Shown: piece after piece, positions 1 to 12,456 of the stretch
Layout of the letters: each line of letters begins with the position of its first letter
Position numbering within the stretch: the stretch's first letter is position 1
Source: Emiliania huxleyi CCMP1516
Taxonomy: Eukaryota
DNA: 64,000 nt
Direction: 5' to 3'
Assembly (NCBI RefSeq): GCF_000372725.1
Contig: NW_005201269.1
Location: forward strand, 1-64,000
Notes under the pieces: generated by a model
Seen by the model: the letters and a program-made list of their open reading frames with translations, nothing else
Told to the model about the DNA's origin: nothing
The model's database searches: none
Position numbers and translations under genes: made by a program

Positions 1-837
1 GGCGGCGGCGAGGGCGAGGTGGAGGGAGGCGGCGGGTGGGATCGAGCGACTGGGGATTCCGCAGGGTCGCGCGAGGGAGGCTGGGACGAGTGGGGTGGTT
101 CCGCCGCCTGGCAAGCGGAGACGCCGGCAGGGGTGGGAGGAGGCGAGGAGAGCCCCCTCGGGGCGAGTGGACCCGGCCGAGGGGTCGGTCTCACGGCCGT
201 GGGTGCCCACCACAGAAGAGGACTCCATCCTCCAGCGGCGACTCGATCGCTTCGGCCCGACGGCGGTTAGCCGCAAGAGGGGTATGAGCCGGGACGTGCT
301 CCCGACTGAGGAGGCGACCGGGAGGTGGGTACGCTGGCGGCCGTCGGGGGGGGAGAGCGAGGCAGCTGCAGCCCAACGAAGGGCTCTTCGGTTCGCCCAG
401 CCACCCCGTGGACCGCCGATCGAGATTGACCGCCGCCCCAGGACGCTCTCACCAGTGGAAGGGGCTATCACTGGACGACGGCGAGTGCTCACTCCAACTC
501 GGGCTCGCAGCGACTAGGCTGTCCCCCCCTAGAGGTGCCTGGACGGCGAGGCTACCCGCACAGTCACTGTCCCCCCCTAGCGATGTCCAGCCGGCGAGGC
601 CACCCACATCTTCGCCGACTAAAATATCTGTATGGGGTGGAGGCCATCGAGTTCATGGGCAACCTAGAGCAAGACTCCGCGGCCCGGCTCCTGGAGGAGG
701 CGGGGGGCGAGGGCGACCACGAGGGGGAGATATGGGAGCCGTCGTGCCTCTTGCTGGCCCCTGGCCTGGGGGAGTCACCGCAGCCCGGATACACGGATCC
801 CTTGGCTGGAAAGGGTAGGGACATGGACATGTACATG

Positions 838-1205
838 TGTGTCCCCGCCCTGCACGATCTCTCTCTTGTTGTGAGGGATCTCTTCACAATCCGCATCCCC
901 CCGCCCTCACATCACAACCCGACACAAGAGCGGCAAGAGATGGGGCTGCGGCTAAAGAGAAACCGCGAAGTGCGAAGAGGTGATGAGGAAGGCTCTCGAA
1001 CCCGCGACGACGAGCGACGAGGAAGGATACGTACCCATGCACCATGCGTGTACACAACGGGAGCAATAAGTGACAGAAGACGCTCTTCAAGAGAGTGTCT
1101 GAGAGACGCGTGGTGGTCTGGTGGCGGTGTCTCGCCGGTCGCGCGGCACCATCGGGAGGACGACCCCGGCTAGTCGCCGACCACACCCACAAAGAACCCT
1201 GCACA
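838..1205. mobile_element. Degenerate non-LTR retroelement 3'-end fragments
   Basis: 838-955 (gtccccgccctgcacgatct...gtgagggatct...ggggctgcggcta) matches 48566-48670. 1150-1205 (gggaggacgaccccggctagtcgccgaccacacccacaaagaaccctgcaca) matches 47801-47851 and the reverse complement of ~6753-6805. Confidence 0.7.
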
Positions 1206-1302
1206 ATACAACGCGGCGGCAACTGGCTCTAGTGTCTCCGCGCGCCTGCCACCACGTGCCAGCGCCGCACATAGTCTCCGGCGCGGTTGGAGCACCTCGC
1301 GC

Positions 1303-3923
1303 TCAGATGTCCGATGACCACGTGGCGCCGAGGGGAGGTTGAGCGGTGTCAGGCGAAGGCCGACGTCCGCTGGCCTTGCCGCCGGGCGGGAGCGAGCACC
1401 GCACAGGGACAACCTGTGGGATCCCGATTGACGCGCTGCGGTGGAGAGTGCCGCCCACGCCGCGCCAAGTGCAGTACACGGTGGCGCCCATCGCGCACGC
1501 CCCGAGGAGCAGGCCGCCCAGGAAGGAGGCGACGGAGAAGCCGACGAGCGCGAGGCTCGAGGTCTCGTCCGCCGCCTCGTAGTAGTTGCCGTGCACGACA
1601 AGCGGCGCGGGCACCACCTGCGCGTCCACGCATTCGCCCGCGTCGGTCGTGTTCGGCGGCGTCTGCTCGATGTGCTCGATTTTGAGTGGGACCTCCATGA
1701 CCTCCTCGCCGGTGTCGTTCCGCTGCAGGATCCGGGGCTGGAGCAGGCCTGTGTCCGCCTGCTCCAGCCGCCGGCCGGCCATCGCGGCGAGCGATACGAT
1801 CTTGGAGATGTACGCGATCGCCTTCCCAATGTCAAAGGTGAAGTCGTGCTCCGACGTGCCGCCGCTCGGCCCCGTCCAGACGAGCGTCCCCGTGAGGAGG
1901 TACCTGCATGGGGAGGGCCCGAGCAGGTGAAGGGGAGGCTCCGACTGAGACGAGCGGTCGGGCGAGGGGCGTGCTTGTTGCGGCCGATGTCGAGGAGGAG
2001 GACGGCGTCGTACAGGTCGAGCCGCCGCTGGCCGAAGAAGTTGAGGGTGAAGAGCGTCACGTGGTAGAGGCGCACGGTGATGACGGGCCCGTGCTCCGAC
2101 GTCCACGCCGCGGTGAAGTCGAGGCTCAGGTCAAAGAGGTCGAGGGTCGAGGCCAGCCTCGTCCCCCACCGGCCGGCGCTCGTGACCTCGCTCTCAAGAG
2201 TGACCCCGCGGATGGCGACGCCGTCGTGCCTGCTCGACGGCTCGACCATCACGATGCGGGGGATTCGTATCCGCGTGTACAAGCTCACGGCGCCCGAGCC
2301 GTGGTGGGGAACCGTCAGTGCCGCGTCGATGGGAAACATCTCGGCGAGCCACTCGAGCGTGCTGAACTTGTCGAGTCCATTGAGGGCGCTGTGCAGCAGG
2401 TCGGTCGAGGTCAGGCCGTACACTTGCAGGTAGATGCCAGTGACGCCCTCGCGCAGCCGCAGCGGCGCGACGACAGGGTGGTCGAGGGCCTCGGAGAGGC
2501 GGTGCTCGAGCGTGCCCACCGCCCACTCGAGCTTCTCGTACGGCGCAAAGACTCTGCCCGAATCCTCCTCGGCCCTCACGCCGTTGAGAGCTCGTATCAG
2601 CTCGGGGTCAACGCCGACCGCCTCGCTGATGAGGCATAGGCCGAGGCGGCCAAACGCCTCCAGCGCGGGCCAGCCAACCGGGGCGACGCTCCACGTGAGC
2701 GCAGTCCGGCTGTCGTAGCCCACGTGCAGCCGTGCGCCCGCTGTGAGAGTCGACGCCTCGCCCAAGGCTGGGCAGTGCATGCTCGCCGCCCCCTCCGCTT
2801 GCAGGTAGAAGGTGGTCCGCGTCGTGCGCTCCCACGCGCCGGTCACGACCTCCGAGTAGAAGCCCGCCTACGTCAGTGGGCAGAGCTACGTTTGGTCATG
2901 TGGGCAGGGTTGCGGGACGTGCCGTGTATGACGCACACACGCCTCGAGCTGGAGGTTGCTGAGCGAGAGCCACTGCAGGCCAAAGGCCTCGCGGATGTCG
3001 TCGTGCTCGTATCGCGCGAGCGCACCCACCGTGCCGTTGCGGACGGCGGCAAAGGCGCTCAGCCCGTCGAGGCCCGAGATGCGGTCCTGCAAGTCGCTCC
3101 CTATGGGGTGCTGTCCCTCCACGGGAAAGCGCATCGTCGTGCCGAGCACGGAGACGGCCACCTGCGCCGACACGTTGATCGCGCCGGGCACGAGCAGGGC
3201 GCACGCGTCCGTGAGTGTGACGGCGTCCAGTACTATTGGGCCGGCGAGGCAGGCGATGGCTTGCCCACTCTCGAGGTCCTCCTCGAGATCGCCGAGCGTG
3301 CACACGGGCAACGACTCGCACAGCACGTCGACCAGGTCTTCTTCTGCCGGAGACGACAGTGCAGGGAACCGCGGCAGTGGCGGCTGCGATGGCGATGGCG
3401 GCGGCGGCGAGGGTGACGGAGCCGAGGGCGGCGGATAATAGGGCGGAGGTGGCGTGGGCGGCGGGGATGGCCGAGGTGGCGGTGATGGAGGAGGAGGCGA
3501 GGGTGGTGGTGGAGAAGGTGGCGGTGGCGGTGGCGGTGCTGGCGGTGGAGACGGAGGCGGTGGCGAGGGCGGCGGTGGCATCGCTGGCGGCGGCTTGCAA
3601 TTCCCACACATATAAGGGCAGATATCCTGTACGTGCACGCCTTGTCTCAGAGGGATGTGACACTCGTCTGGGTCGTAGGCGGTGCCGCATGCCATCTCGT
3701 CGGCGGACTCATCGCACGCTGTTGACGCAGCAGGCGGCGAAGGAGAGGATTGGGGCTCAGGCTCGCCTTCGGTGCCACTGCCTGCTTCACCGCTGCTGCC
3801 ACCGCCGCCGCCGATCACCAAAGGTGGAGGCGGAGCGAAAGGAGGCGAAGGAGGAGGGGTTAGAGCGGAGGATGGCCGCAGTATGCTGGCTGCTACGGCG
3901 GCTATGAGGCACGACAGCCGCAT
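1303..3923 (-). CDS. Type I membrane/cell-surface protein: signal peptide, ShKT-like Cys motif, Pro-rich stalk, C-terminal TM (about 3 exons)
   Basis: N-terminal MRLSCLIAAVAASILRPSSA, ShK-like C...CPYMCGNC, poly-Pro/Ser and TM LALVGFSVASFLGGLLLGACAMGATVY. ORFs 2886-3968, 1170-2846 and 1303-2106 can be joined by putative GC-AG introns (~2868-2942, ~1903-1972). Confidence 0.6.
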
Positions 3924-4214
3924 GGTTGGTGAAAGCGAGCGGAGCTCGGCTAGCCCCCAAGCCTGCAAGGCGCTCGCCTTGCAAATTCGGAGAACCGCGT
4001 TTTTAGCCTGTCAGGTACACCTATTAGGTGTGCCAGTGCTTTTATTAAATGAACTCGGGGGCACAGGACGCGGCAAACCCGGTACACCAAAAGGCACGGG
4101 CTGCCTGCACGGCGTTCACTCGAACGCCATGCACATGGCGCGGAGCAGCATCGGGTTGGTGTCGAACCCGAGCGGGTCCTCCTCCCAGTCCCGGTGTGTG
4201 CCAGTGCCGCCAGT

Positions 4215-4271
4215 TAAAGAAAGAAAGAAAGAAAGCAGAAAAATCAAGGGAGGGATGGGAGGACGGCATTA
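4215..4271 (-). mobile_element. Short retroposon 3' tail, (CTTT)n family
   Basis: Reverse complement reads taatgccgtcctcccatccctcccttg...(cttt)n, the same motif as at 9397, 14266, 32411 and 35288. Confidence 0.65.
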
Positions 4272-4343
4272 GGGAGCGCAGATTTTTTTTCGTTCAGTTG
4301 CCCCCGCCTGGGTTGTTGTGTCGACGGCTGCCCTCACCCGTGT

Positions 4344-5039
4344 ATGGCCGTCCGCGTCACCGTCTTCGCCTCCTCCACGCCGCAGACGGCGCCCGCGTAC
4401 GTCGAGGCGTCGGCCGCCTTCGGCCGCGGCATCGCCGACGCGGGCTGTATAGCCGTATTCGGCGGCGGCAACGCCGGCTGCATGGGCGCCTTCTACGAGG
4501 CGGTGCTCGCGGCCGGCGGCCGCGTGCGCGGCATCACGCACCGCATGTTTGTCAAGCCGGGCGGCTCCTCGCTCTCCGAGGAGAACGCAGCGGCGCTCGA
4601 GTCGCTCGAGATCGTCGAGGGCTCGGACCTGACCATGCGCAAGCGGAGGCTGCTCGACGCGGGAGACTGCCTCGTCACCCTACCCGGCGGCGTCGGCACC
4701 TTTGACGAGCTCTTCATGGCAGTCGCCGAGGTGGGTGTCGGCTGCGGCTCGCTGCCGGTGCTGCTGCTCAACGTCAACGGCTACTATGATGGCGTGATCG
4801 CGCAGATGCAGCGCGCGTTCGACGACGGGATGCTACGCCACCCTGTGGCGCACTACTACAGCGTTGCAAGCACGCCGCAGGAGGCGGTCGCGTGGTGCCT
4901 CAAGCAGACGCGACGCGCGTCACCGCCCACGCCGCGAGGCCGCAGCTACAGAGAGGGCGTTGTGCATGGCGCGGCAACCGCGGCAGTGGCGGCCGCGGCG
5001 CTCGTCCTCTGCGTGCGGCTCTTCGGCAGCCGCAGCTAA
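4344..5039 (+). CDS. LOG: LOG-family (Lonely Guy) nucleotide phosphoribohydrolase with C-terminal hydrophobic anchor
   Basis: VFGGGNAGCMG, RKRRL and the LPGGVGTFDELF (PGGxGTxE) motif; LLNVNGYYD; intronless. Confidence 0.85.
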   Translation: MAVRVTVFASSTPQTAPAYVEASAAFGRGIADAGCIAVFGGGNAGCMGAFYEAVLAAGGRVRGITHRMFVKPGGSSLSEENAAALESLEIVEGSDLTMRKRRLLDAGDCLVTLPGGVGTFDELFMAVAEVGVGCGSLPVLLLNVNGYYDGVIAQMQRAFDDGMLRHPVAHYYSVASTPQEAVAWCLKQTRRASPPTPRGRSYREGVVHGAATAAVAAAALVLCVRLFGSRS

Positions 5040-5382
5040 GCAGGGGGCGTACGAGGGTGGTCACCAGATGCCACTGATCGGCTAAACTGAACGTCTGCTG
5101 CTCCCGCGGCCTCACACCGATCTCTCACAGTCGCTCGCCTCATTGCTCATTCCGGTGTGTGAGATCGGAGTACACGGTACGATTTTTCTTCAGCCTTCGG
5201 CGAGAGCTAGGGATCATTAGGAGACTCAAGAGCATGCGTGGAGCTCCGGGCCTGAGAGGCTGAGACGCATATCCCTCGAAGGTGGCGGGGAACGTGGGCG
5301 CAACAGCGGTCACGGCGGTCCGCGATTTAGACAACAGTCAACAAGCTGTCGCCACGTGGCAGCCACACGTCCGGTGCGCTCC

Positions 5383-6072
5383 TCACCTCGCCCTCCACGA
5401 CTCGCCGGCGGAGCCGCCGCCCTGCCGGACCGATCGCGCCAGCAGGCAGAGAGGCACCGCGATCCAGACCCCGCCTAGGGCGGTGGTGGCGACCCCGACC
5501 GCGCCCGGGAGCCAGTTGTGCCCTCCGGTGAGAAGCTCGGGCACGTAGTATGCCAGAGTGCCAAGGAGAGTCACGCCTCCGAGGAAGGACTCCAGCAGCG
5601 GCGTCCACGCGGACCGGGAGACGTAGCCGTAAAAGACGGCCGCCGAGAAGGGGATGTGGACGGCGAGTTCGGCCCAGTACATCGCGTCGAGCTCGTGCCT
5701 GCGCCGTTCATGCCGCCGGTCCATCGTCAGGTACTGCTCCGACATCGCCGGCACGACGCCAAACAAGCCGCTCATCACGTCGCACCCAAAGAAGAAGAAG
5801 GTCGCGTTCACAAGGTGCCAGATCGCTGCCAGCCGGTCGACTCGCGGGAGCTGTGCGCGGCAGGCCCAAGAGCATCCAGCTGCTACGGCGGCTGCACAGC
5901 AGAGCATCGGCGGAGATGACAGCATGGCAGCAGCGCCAGATAACGGCCGCAGCTCGAGGCCGCCGCTCTCAGTGAGGCGAACGGCGGCGTTAATCAGCAC
6001 CACCGCGGTTGCGAATGCCACGGGCGAGTACGGCAGCCACCCAACAGGAGCACGCGCCGTGCGGAGGGCCAT
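5383..6072 (-). CDS. Emopamil-binding protein/EXPERA-domain membrane protein (sterol isomerase-like)
   Basis: Multiple TMs; WHLVNA...CD, QY..MDRR, TLAYYVPE and GGVWIAVP resemble EBP-family motifs. Confidence 0.65.
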   Translation of the reverse strand: MALRTARAPVGWLPYSPVAFATAVVLINAAVRLTESGGLELRPLSGAAAMLSSPPMLCCAAAVAAGCSWACRAQLPRVDRLAAIWHLVNATFFFFGCDVMSGLFGVVPAMSEQYLTMDRRHERRRHELDAMYWAELAVHIPFSAAVFYGYVSRSAWTPLLESFLGGVTLLGTLAYYVPELLTGGHNWLPGAVGVATTALGGVWIAVPLCLLARSVRQGGGSAGESWRAR

Positions 6073-6196
6073 TGGTTGAGAAAGGCGCGTGGGTTTAAAT
6101 TGACCGGAATGCGAGCTCTGAGGGGTTGATTTCAGCGAGAGACTCCGCTGTGTGCAGCCGGCCCCGATAACGCAAGTTTTTTGACTCTCTTGAGCT

Positions 6197-6648
6197 GTGA
6201 ACAAACGCGAGGTTTTTGCTCGCCTTCCCTGGGACCCCGTGTTGCGTGACTCTGTGCGATTTCAGGTCCGGGGTTGTGCGTTTACGTGAACAAACGCGTG
6301 AACACTTCTGCCGCTGCTGCTGCCTCTGTTGCGGTTGCTGCCATAGCTGCTGCGGCCGCACCACCCGGCGAGGCCATCCTCGCGCGCACGGACGCTACAG
6401 GCGCGGGCGCGGGGGTGGAGGGTGCGTATGAGGCGGAGATGATGGATGGAGGCGCTCGCCGCGTGCGGCGATTGAGCGCCTCCCTCTCTCTCCGGCTGCG
6501 CGCCTGACCGGTGCGGCCTCCGAGTCGGCGTCTAGCGCGCGCGATAAGGTTTTTGCTCGCCTTCCCTGGCGCCTGGGACCCAGAGTTGCGTGACTCTGTG
6601 CGATTTCGGGCCCGGGGTTGTGCGTTTACGATTACGTGAACAAACGCG
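6197..6648 (+). repeat. Local ~90-bp imperfect direct repeat
   Basis: aggtttttgctcgccttccctgg...gttgcgtgactctgtgcgatttc.gg.ccggggttgtgcgtttacg...gtgaacaaacgcg at ~6210-6298 and ~6547-6648. Confidence 0.85.
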
Positions 6649-6678
6649 CTTGCCGGGGGCAAGTACCCAAATCTGCTA

Positions 6679-8106
6679 AATAAATAAATAAATAAAACGG
6701 ACACCTCTACTAGGAGATGGGGAAAAGGAACAAGTCCCCGCCCTGCGGTCTTTGTGCAGGGTTCTTTGTGGGTGTGGTCGGCGACTAGCCGGGGTCGTCC
6801 TCCCGATGGGGGACTAGCACTAGCCGTCTTCCACATGGTCCCTCGGGTCCCTGCTGCTCCTAATCTCGTCGTACATCCTCCTGCTGATCTCAGCAACATC
6901 CTGCTCCCTCCCTCGTCTCGCCCTGCGCGTCTGCTCCGCCTCCCCGTCGTCTGCCCTGCGTCGTCTGGTGACGGGTCCTCCGTAGTCGGTCGAGGTCGCC
7001 GCCCTCCTCGTGCCTCTTCCCAACGTTTCCTCGGCGGCCGATGCCGTCTGGTCCGACTCCGCCGTCCCCGGGTCTGCCCTGCCCTCGTCTGCGCTAGCTT
7101 CTGTTTCGTCATCACTGATGTCCCTCCTCTTCTTTCTCCTCTTCTTGTATGCTTTGTACATCGCGTCGATTCCTTTTCGCGTGAGCACCAGCCTGAAGCC
7201 CGCCCAGCAGCTGCACCGCTCCCTAAGTCGAAGGAGCATCATCAGTCTCACCCACTTCGCTCGCTGCCCACCGTCTCCGCTCCCTCCCGCTTGAGCCGCC
7301 GTCGCGGCCCTCGTTCGTCCCACTGGCTGCTGGCCTGTCTGCACGTTACCTCCGTTATCCCTCCTCCTCCGCGACTCCCTCAAGGTCGGCCGAGCCTCCT
7401 TCCACCCAGTGAAGAGCTTCCTCAGCCACTCGATGTGTTCCTCTCTCTTCATTATGCGCGCCGTAGCCTCATCATTGAGCTGGATCCACCTCTGCACCGC
7501 TCCCGTCGCCGCCTCGGCCACGACTTGCAAGTTCCTCGTGACCCCGGCGCCAAGGTCCCTCCGGCTCTTCTCCGAGAGATCATCTACCAGCGCCGGCAAC
7601 ACCCCCCCGACGGCTGGGGCTAGTGCATCGTACCCGTCCTCATCCAGCACCCTATAGCGTGAGCCCTTCAGCGCAGCGACATACGCTTTCCTCAGCGTCT
7701 TCAGCGTATCCTTGGAGTCGGGTGCCGCCTGGGCTACTTTGCTGATCGCCGTCCCCGTCTGCGCTCGCGCTACTCTGAGGAACCATCTGGCCTGCTCCCT
7801 ATTCCCCAGGCAGGCGCCGCTAAGCAAGTGCGCCATTGTCGCCCTAGGCGGGTTCTCATCTTCCTCGGTCCATTGCTGCGCGGCTTTCCGCGCGACTGGA
7901 CACAGCGGGTCTCGCTTTAGTGCCGCCCTCCTCGCCGCGTCCCTCGCGGCCTTACAGACGAGGCAGCCCCTGAGTTCGCTCCTCGTGGCGGCTCCCGGGG
8001 TCTCTCTCCCCGCCTCTCCCCGCATGATCCTCTCGTGGTGCGCTCCGTGTGGCACCCCCGCCTGCTGCCGCACCTCCGCGCTCCCCTCCCATGTGACGGT
8101 CTTTGT
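6679..8106 (-). mobile_element. 5'-truncated non-LTR (LINE-like) retrotransposon with (TTTA)n tail and 11-bp TSD
   Basis: TSD caaatctgcta at 6668-6678 and 8107-8117; (taaa)n at ~6677-6696. ORF 6820-8109 has the C-terminal LINE zinc knuckle CLVC...TMAHLLSGAC. Confidence 0.9.
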
Positions 8107-8170
8107 CAAATCTGCTAGGTCGGGCGTCCTTTCTTATTTTTTTGTTATGCGCGGGTGAATCTCACTGCGG

Positions 8171-9307
8171 TCACTGCGTCTTCCACCCGACGAGCTCCTT
8201 CAGCAGGTTGGGCAGCAGGCCGGCGGCGAAAAGGCGGTTGTCGCCGAGCAGCTGGCCGATGCGCAAGTGGAAGAGCGAGACGCTGAGCGCGGTGACGCCG
8301 GCCTGCTCAAGGGACAGGCGCGCTGTGCGTGAGCATCACGTGGCGCCCGGCACGCGCAGCCTCGCTTCTCGTCTCCACGCTCTCGCCTGGTAGTCGACCC
8401 GGTGCCAGCACCACGTCGGCACCCACAGCACGTCGCCGGCAGACTGCTCCACCACATAGTGCGCCGCCCCCGACTCGGCGATGGCGAGGGCGCCCGCCGC
8501 GCCGTGCGCCCGCCGAGTGCGGAAGAAGGCACGGCCGTCCGAGGCGACCGACGGCCGGAGCAGGTGGCTCTCGCTCGCGGGCACCAGCGTCCACACCTTG
8601 CTCCCGCTCAGCGCGAGTGTGGCGCTGCCGATCGGCTCAGCGTGCAGGTCGGTGCGGACTGCGGCGTCCGCGGCGCCGGTGCCCATGAAGATAGGCACGG
8701 TGAGGGTCTTGCCCAGCCGCCACTGCTCAAACGTGCTGCTGCCAAAGAGGCGCGCGAGGGGAGGCGCGAGCTGGAGTCGCTCGATCAGCTGCGGGTGGCG
8801 CCGGAAGACGAGCTCCGTCGCCAGCTTCTGCGGGCCGCCCGCCTGGATGGCGTCCGCGACCTCCGCGAGGCGGCCGACACTGTCTGGCCGCAGCGCGCCG
8901 TCGGAGGCGTTCGAGTAGTACGGCACCTCGAGCTCCCCCACGGGCGGGTCGCGCAGCCAGTCCTGCGCGCCAAGCGCCGCCGAGCCGTTGAAGAGCCCTC
9001 GCACGATGAACGGCGCCCTCAGGTCGATGTCCTCTGTTGCGGCGGTCGGGAGGACCTCGGGCACGGGCAAGGGCACGCTCGGCGAGAGCGGCGGGTCGGA
9101 AATTTCCCACCGCCCGTACGCCCACTCCTCGAGCCGCCGCGCGAACGGGAGAGGGCTGTAGCGGCTGCCTCCGAGCCCGGCTGGGCTGAGGCTTGTGAGG
9201 AGCGTGCCGAGCAGCCAGGCGGCCGAGGAGGCGTCGCAGCCGGCAACAGCGAGGAGTGTGGCGATTGTCGCGACGGCGAGCGAGCACAGGGTGCGCCGCG
9301 ACCCCAT
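8171..9307 (-). CDS. JmjC/cupin-like 2OG-Fe(II) oxygenase with N-terminal signal/anchor (2 exons)
   Basis: TDLHAE (HxE), SGSKVWTLV and GDVLWVPTWCWHRV. A putative GC-AG intron (~8303-8386) leads to a last exon AGVTALSVSLFH...WKTQ*. Confidence 0.8.
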
Positions 9308-9396
9308 TGACCACAGACGGTACCACCGTGGATGGGTCCGTGAACAAAAAATCTCCTGAGCGCACTCCAAGATGTTCTACCTACCTACCTAAGCTG

Positions 9397-9448
9397 TAAT
9401 GCCGTCCTCCCATCCCTCCCTTGGGTTGTCTGTTTTCTTTCTTTCTTT
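9397..9448 (+). mobile_element. Short retroposon 3' tail, (CTTT)n family
   Basis: taatgccgtcctcccatccctcccttgggttgtctgttttctttctttcttt followed by aatgc. Confidence 0.7.
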
Positions 9449-9658
9449 AATGCTGCTCGCAATAAGAGGCTTGTTGCTAGGATCGTGAGTTGAACTGCTC
9501 GCAACTTGGTACGCAACCCTAGCTAGATAGACTTTGCTCGGATTGTGAGCGGGAGTAGTCGTAGGCGTCACCAAGAGACCTTAGAAGATGTAGGATTGCG
9601 AGCCTGGGTGCTCACAATCGATCGCGCACAGAGATGCTAAGATTGCGAGGAGTGCTGC

Positions 9659-10547
9659 TTGCAGGGCGGCTTCACGAAGGCCGAGGGCGCCTTCCGGTGG
9701 CTGCTCCTCGTCTGCATGCCCGCCTTTGGCCGCTGCGCGCCCGCCGTGCCTAGCCCGACGGCGGTGGCCTCGGCCTTCTCGTCTGCCGTCGCCTCGGCAG
9801 CCTCCGTCGCCTCGTCGGCGTCTACCTTCTCATCTGGCGTCGCTTCGAAGGCGTCCTCGCTCGTGAGCTGCTCGCCGCTTCTCATGCCCGCCCTCGTGCT
9901 CATCCTCCTCGCCATCGCCTGCGTCGCCTCCTGGCCGACCGCGGCGAGCGGAAAGGGGGCTCGGCGCGGCGCGGCGTGGGCCGTCTTCGTCGCCGCCGCC
10001 GCGGCGTGCCTCCCCGGCGCAGCAGCGGCTCCCGCGGAATCCTCCGCGTCGAGCACCACTTTCTCGTGGTTCACGGAGGGTGGTGCGATACCTCTCTCTT
10101 TCCTCTTCGCCGTGAGCGTGTTTGCTGCCACGGCCGACCTCGTGCTCCGGCAGCTGCGCTGGCGGCGCAACAGCACGGCGACCTTCTCTCCGCCCGTCTT
10201 CTCGCCGCCGCCGTCGCCGCCAGAGTCTGGCGGCGGCCCGTCGGGGGTGATGAGGACCTCGTCGGCGGTGATGCGGGTCTTCGACAAGAACAACGATGGC
10301 GTCATTGACGCGGCAGAACTTAGCAGCGTCGCCAAGGAAATTGCCGCGAAGGAGGCGGCGGAGCGGGAGGCCCAAAAGGAGGCCGCGAGGGAGCGCAAGA
10401 TCTCTCGTGTCTTCCGGAGGTTTGCGCTCAGCGAAAGTGGGCGTTGCGCGACTGCAAATTACAGTGTGGACAGTGTCAAATGCTACGGTAACGATTACAA
10501 CGAACTCCCTGTCGGGGCAAGCATCGGCAAGAACATTGCCTTCGAGA

Positions 10548-10550
<3 letters not shown>
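9659..10550 (+). CDS. Membrane protein fragment with EF-hand; 3' end runs into a microsatellite
   Basis: Several hydrophobic segments and a canonical EF-hand loop DKNNDGVIDAAE. No clear ATG or normal C-terminus. Confidence 0.4.
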
Positions 10551-10940
<390 letters not shown>

Positions 10941-11479
10941 AGGGTCTGGGCAGCACTTGCGCTTCAGTATCGATGGTGTCGCACACAAAACACTTCACAT
11001 GCCAGAAAAAGGCGTCCTCGCACGTATGATTCATGCCAATGAGTCAGTAATGCAAACAGGCCTACAGCCATATGCCCCTCGACCAATGTCGGTCACGGGA
11101 GCGAGCTCCTCGGGATATGCACTGTCAGAAATCTGCTGTAACAATCATGCCAGCTGTGCAGATCTTTCCGCTGCAGTTGCAGCCACAGCAAAGGCCACAA
11201 CAGCAGCAATGGCGAGGGTCCCTTCTCCTCCTATTGTCGCTGCTCCTGCCTCCCCTGAACTCGCTCCTGTCTCTACGCCTGCTCTCCCTCCTACTTTAGC
11301 ACGCATTAGCAGTGGGGCCGCGTGTAGAGCTGCAGAGACTGCCACCGTCATCAGTGCGGCCGGCCACACTGCTGGCTTGCCTGGCAGTGGATCGCACGCA
11401 GAATTGGGGCGGAGCAGTGGCGTGTGGCGTTCCGCCACGACGCCTTCCGCCTTCGACGCGCGAAGCTCGCAGCTAACAT

Positions 11480-12011
11480 CCACCACCTGATGCTGGCAAG
11501 AAGGAAAGAAAGTCTTAAAGTCTATGTAAACCAGGATGAGAGGATGCTTAAGCATAGTAGCCTGATCTTGCACAAAGTTACCAGCCAACCCCGGCCAGCG
11601 AGCGTCCGTCCCTAATCCGAAACCATATTGTGCCTTGCAAGCTCTGGCCTCAACTAGATCATACCCCGGTTTTAACACTGCCGCTTCGAAACCCTTAAGG
11701 TGTTGCGAAAGCAGCGCAATTTCCCTTTTCTTGCTGACGAGCCCAGAGACCACCTTCTTATCAAGAAGAACAAAAACAACCCGAAGCCAACCTATGGGAC
11801 AGCGGTTCCCCGCCGCGATTTTACGCATGACGTGATGCAGTAACTCCCTGGCCCAGTCCGGGGCCAATTCCCACAGCTCGCCTTGAGCGCCGTCGAGACC
11901 TAAGGCCTTACCCCTTCGGCGCCAACATTGTTGCAATCTGAGAGCACAATACTGTTGGCAAGCAAGCCATGGAAGGCCGTCCCAAGTAAGCACTTCCGGA
12001 AAATGGAACAA
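11480..12011 (-). mobile_element. Non-LTR reverse transcriptase fragment
   Basis: WLRVVFVLLDKK...REIALL...K, AQYGF and LVYIDFKTFFPSCQH correspond to the early RT subdomains; similarity is lost after that. Confidence 0.8.
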
Positions 12012-12263
12012 AAGTGTGCCCCCACCCGCGCACCGCAGCCATGCTTACCGGGTGTACCATGCCCAAAGCAGTGGAACGTAAAATATCACCTCCCTCTTGT
12101 CTCACCCTTCCCGGCGGATGATCAATGACCTTCCCATCCTCCCGGTCCCCCTCCCTAAAGCTAGACCATTACGGCTCGGTCCTGTACCAAGCCAGACTGG
12201 CGGAGTGCATGTACTCTCTTAATTACAATCACCCCGCAAGCCAGCATGCAGACGGTACACAGC

Positions 12264-12456
12264 CTGCACCGGGGTGCATAGCTCGGTGCACGCCGAAGGC
12301 GTGCACCGGGTACCGGGGTGCACGCCGAAGGCGTGCACCGGAGGTGCACCGGCACCGGGGTGCACGCCGATGCACCGGAGGTGCACCGGGACCGGGGTGC
12401 ACGCCGAAGGCGTGCACCGGAGGTGCACCGGGACCGGGGTGCACGCCGAAGGCGTG
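12264..12456. repeat. ~42-bp minisatellite made of GAA-loop hairpins
   Basis: Unit accggggtgcacgccgaaggcgtgcaccggaggtgcaccggg. Perfect stems ggtgcacgcc-gaa-ggcgtgcacc at 12285, 12317 and 12396. Confidence 0.9.

Noticed and set aside
12264..12456. Possible CRISPR array (palindromic repeats)
   Set aside because: No unique spacers, the units are tandem, no cas genes are present and the context is eukaryotic.
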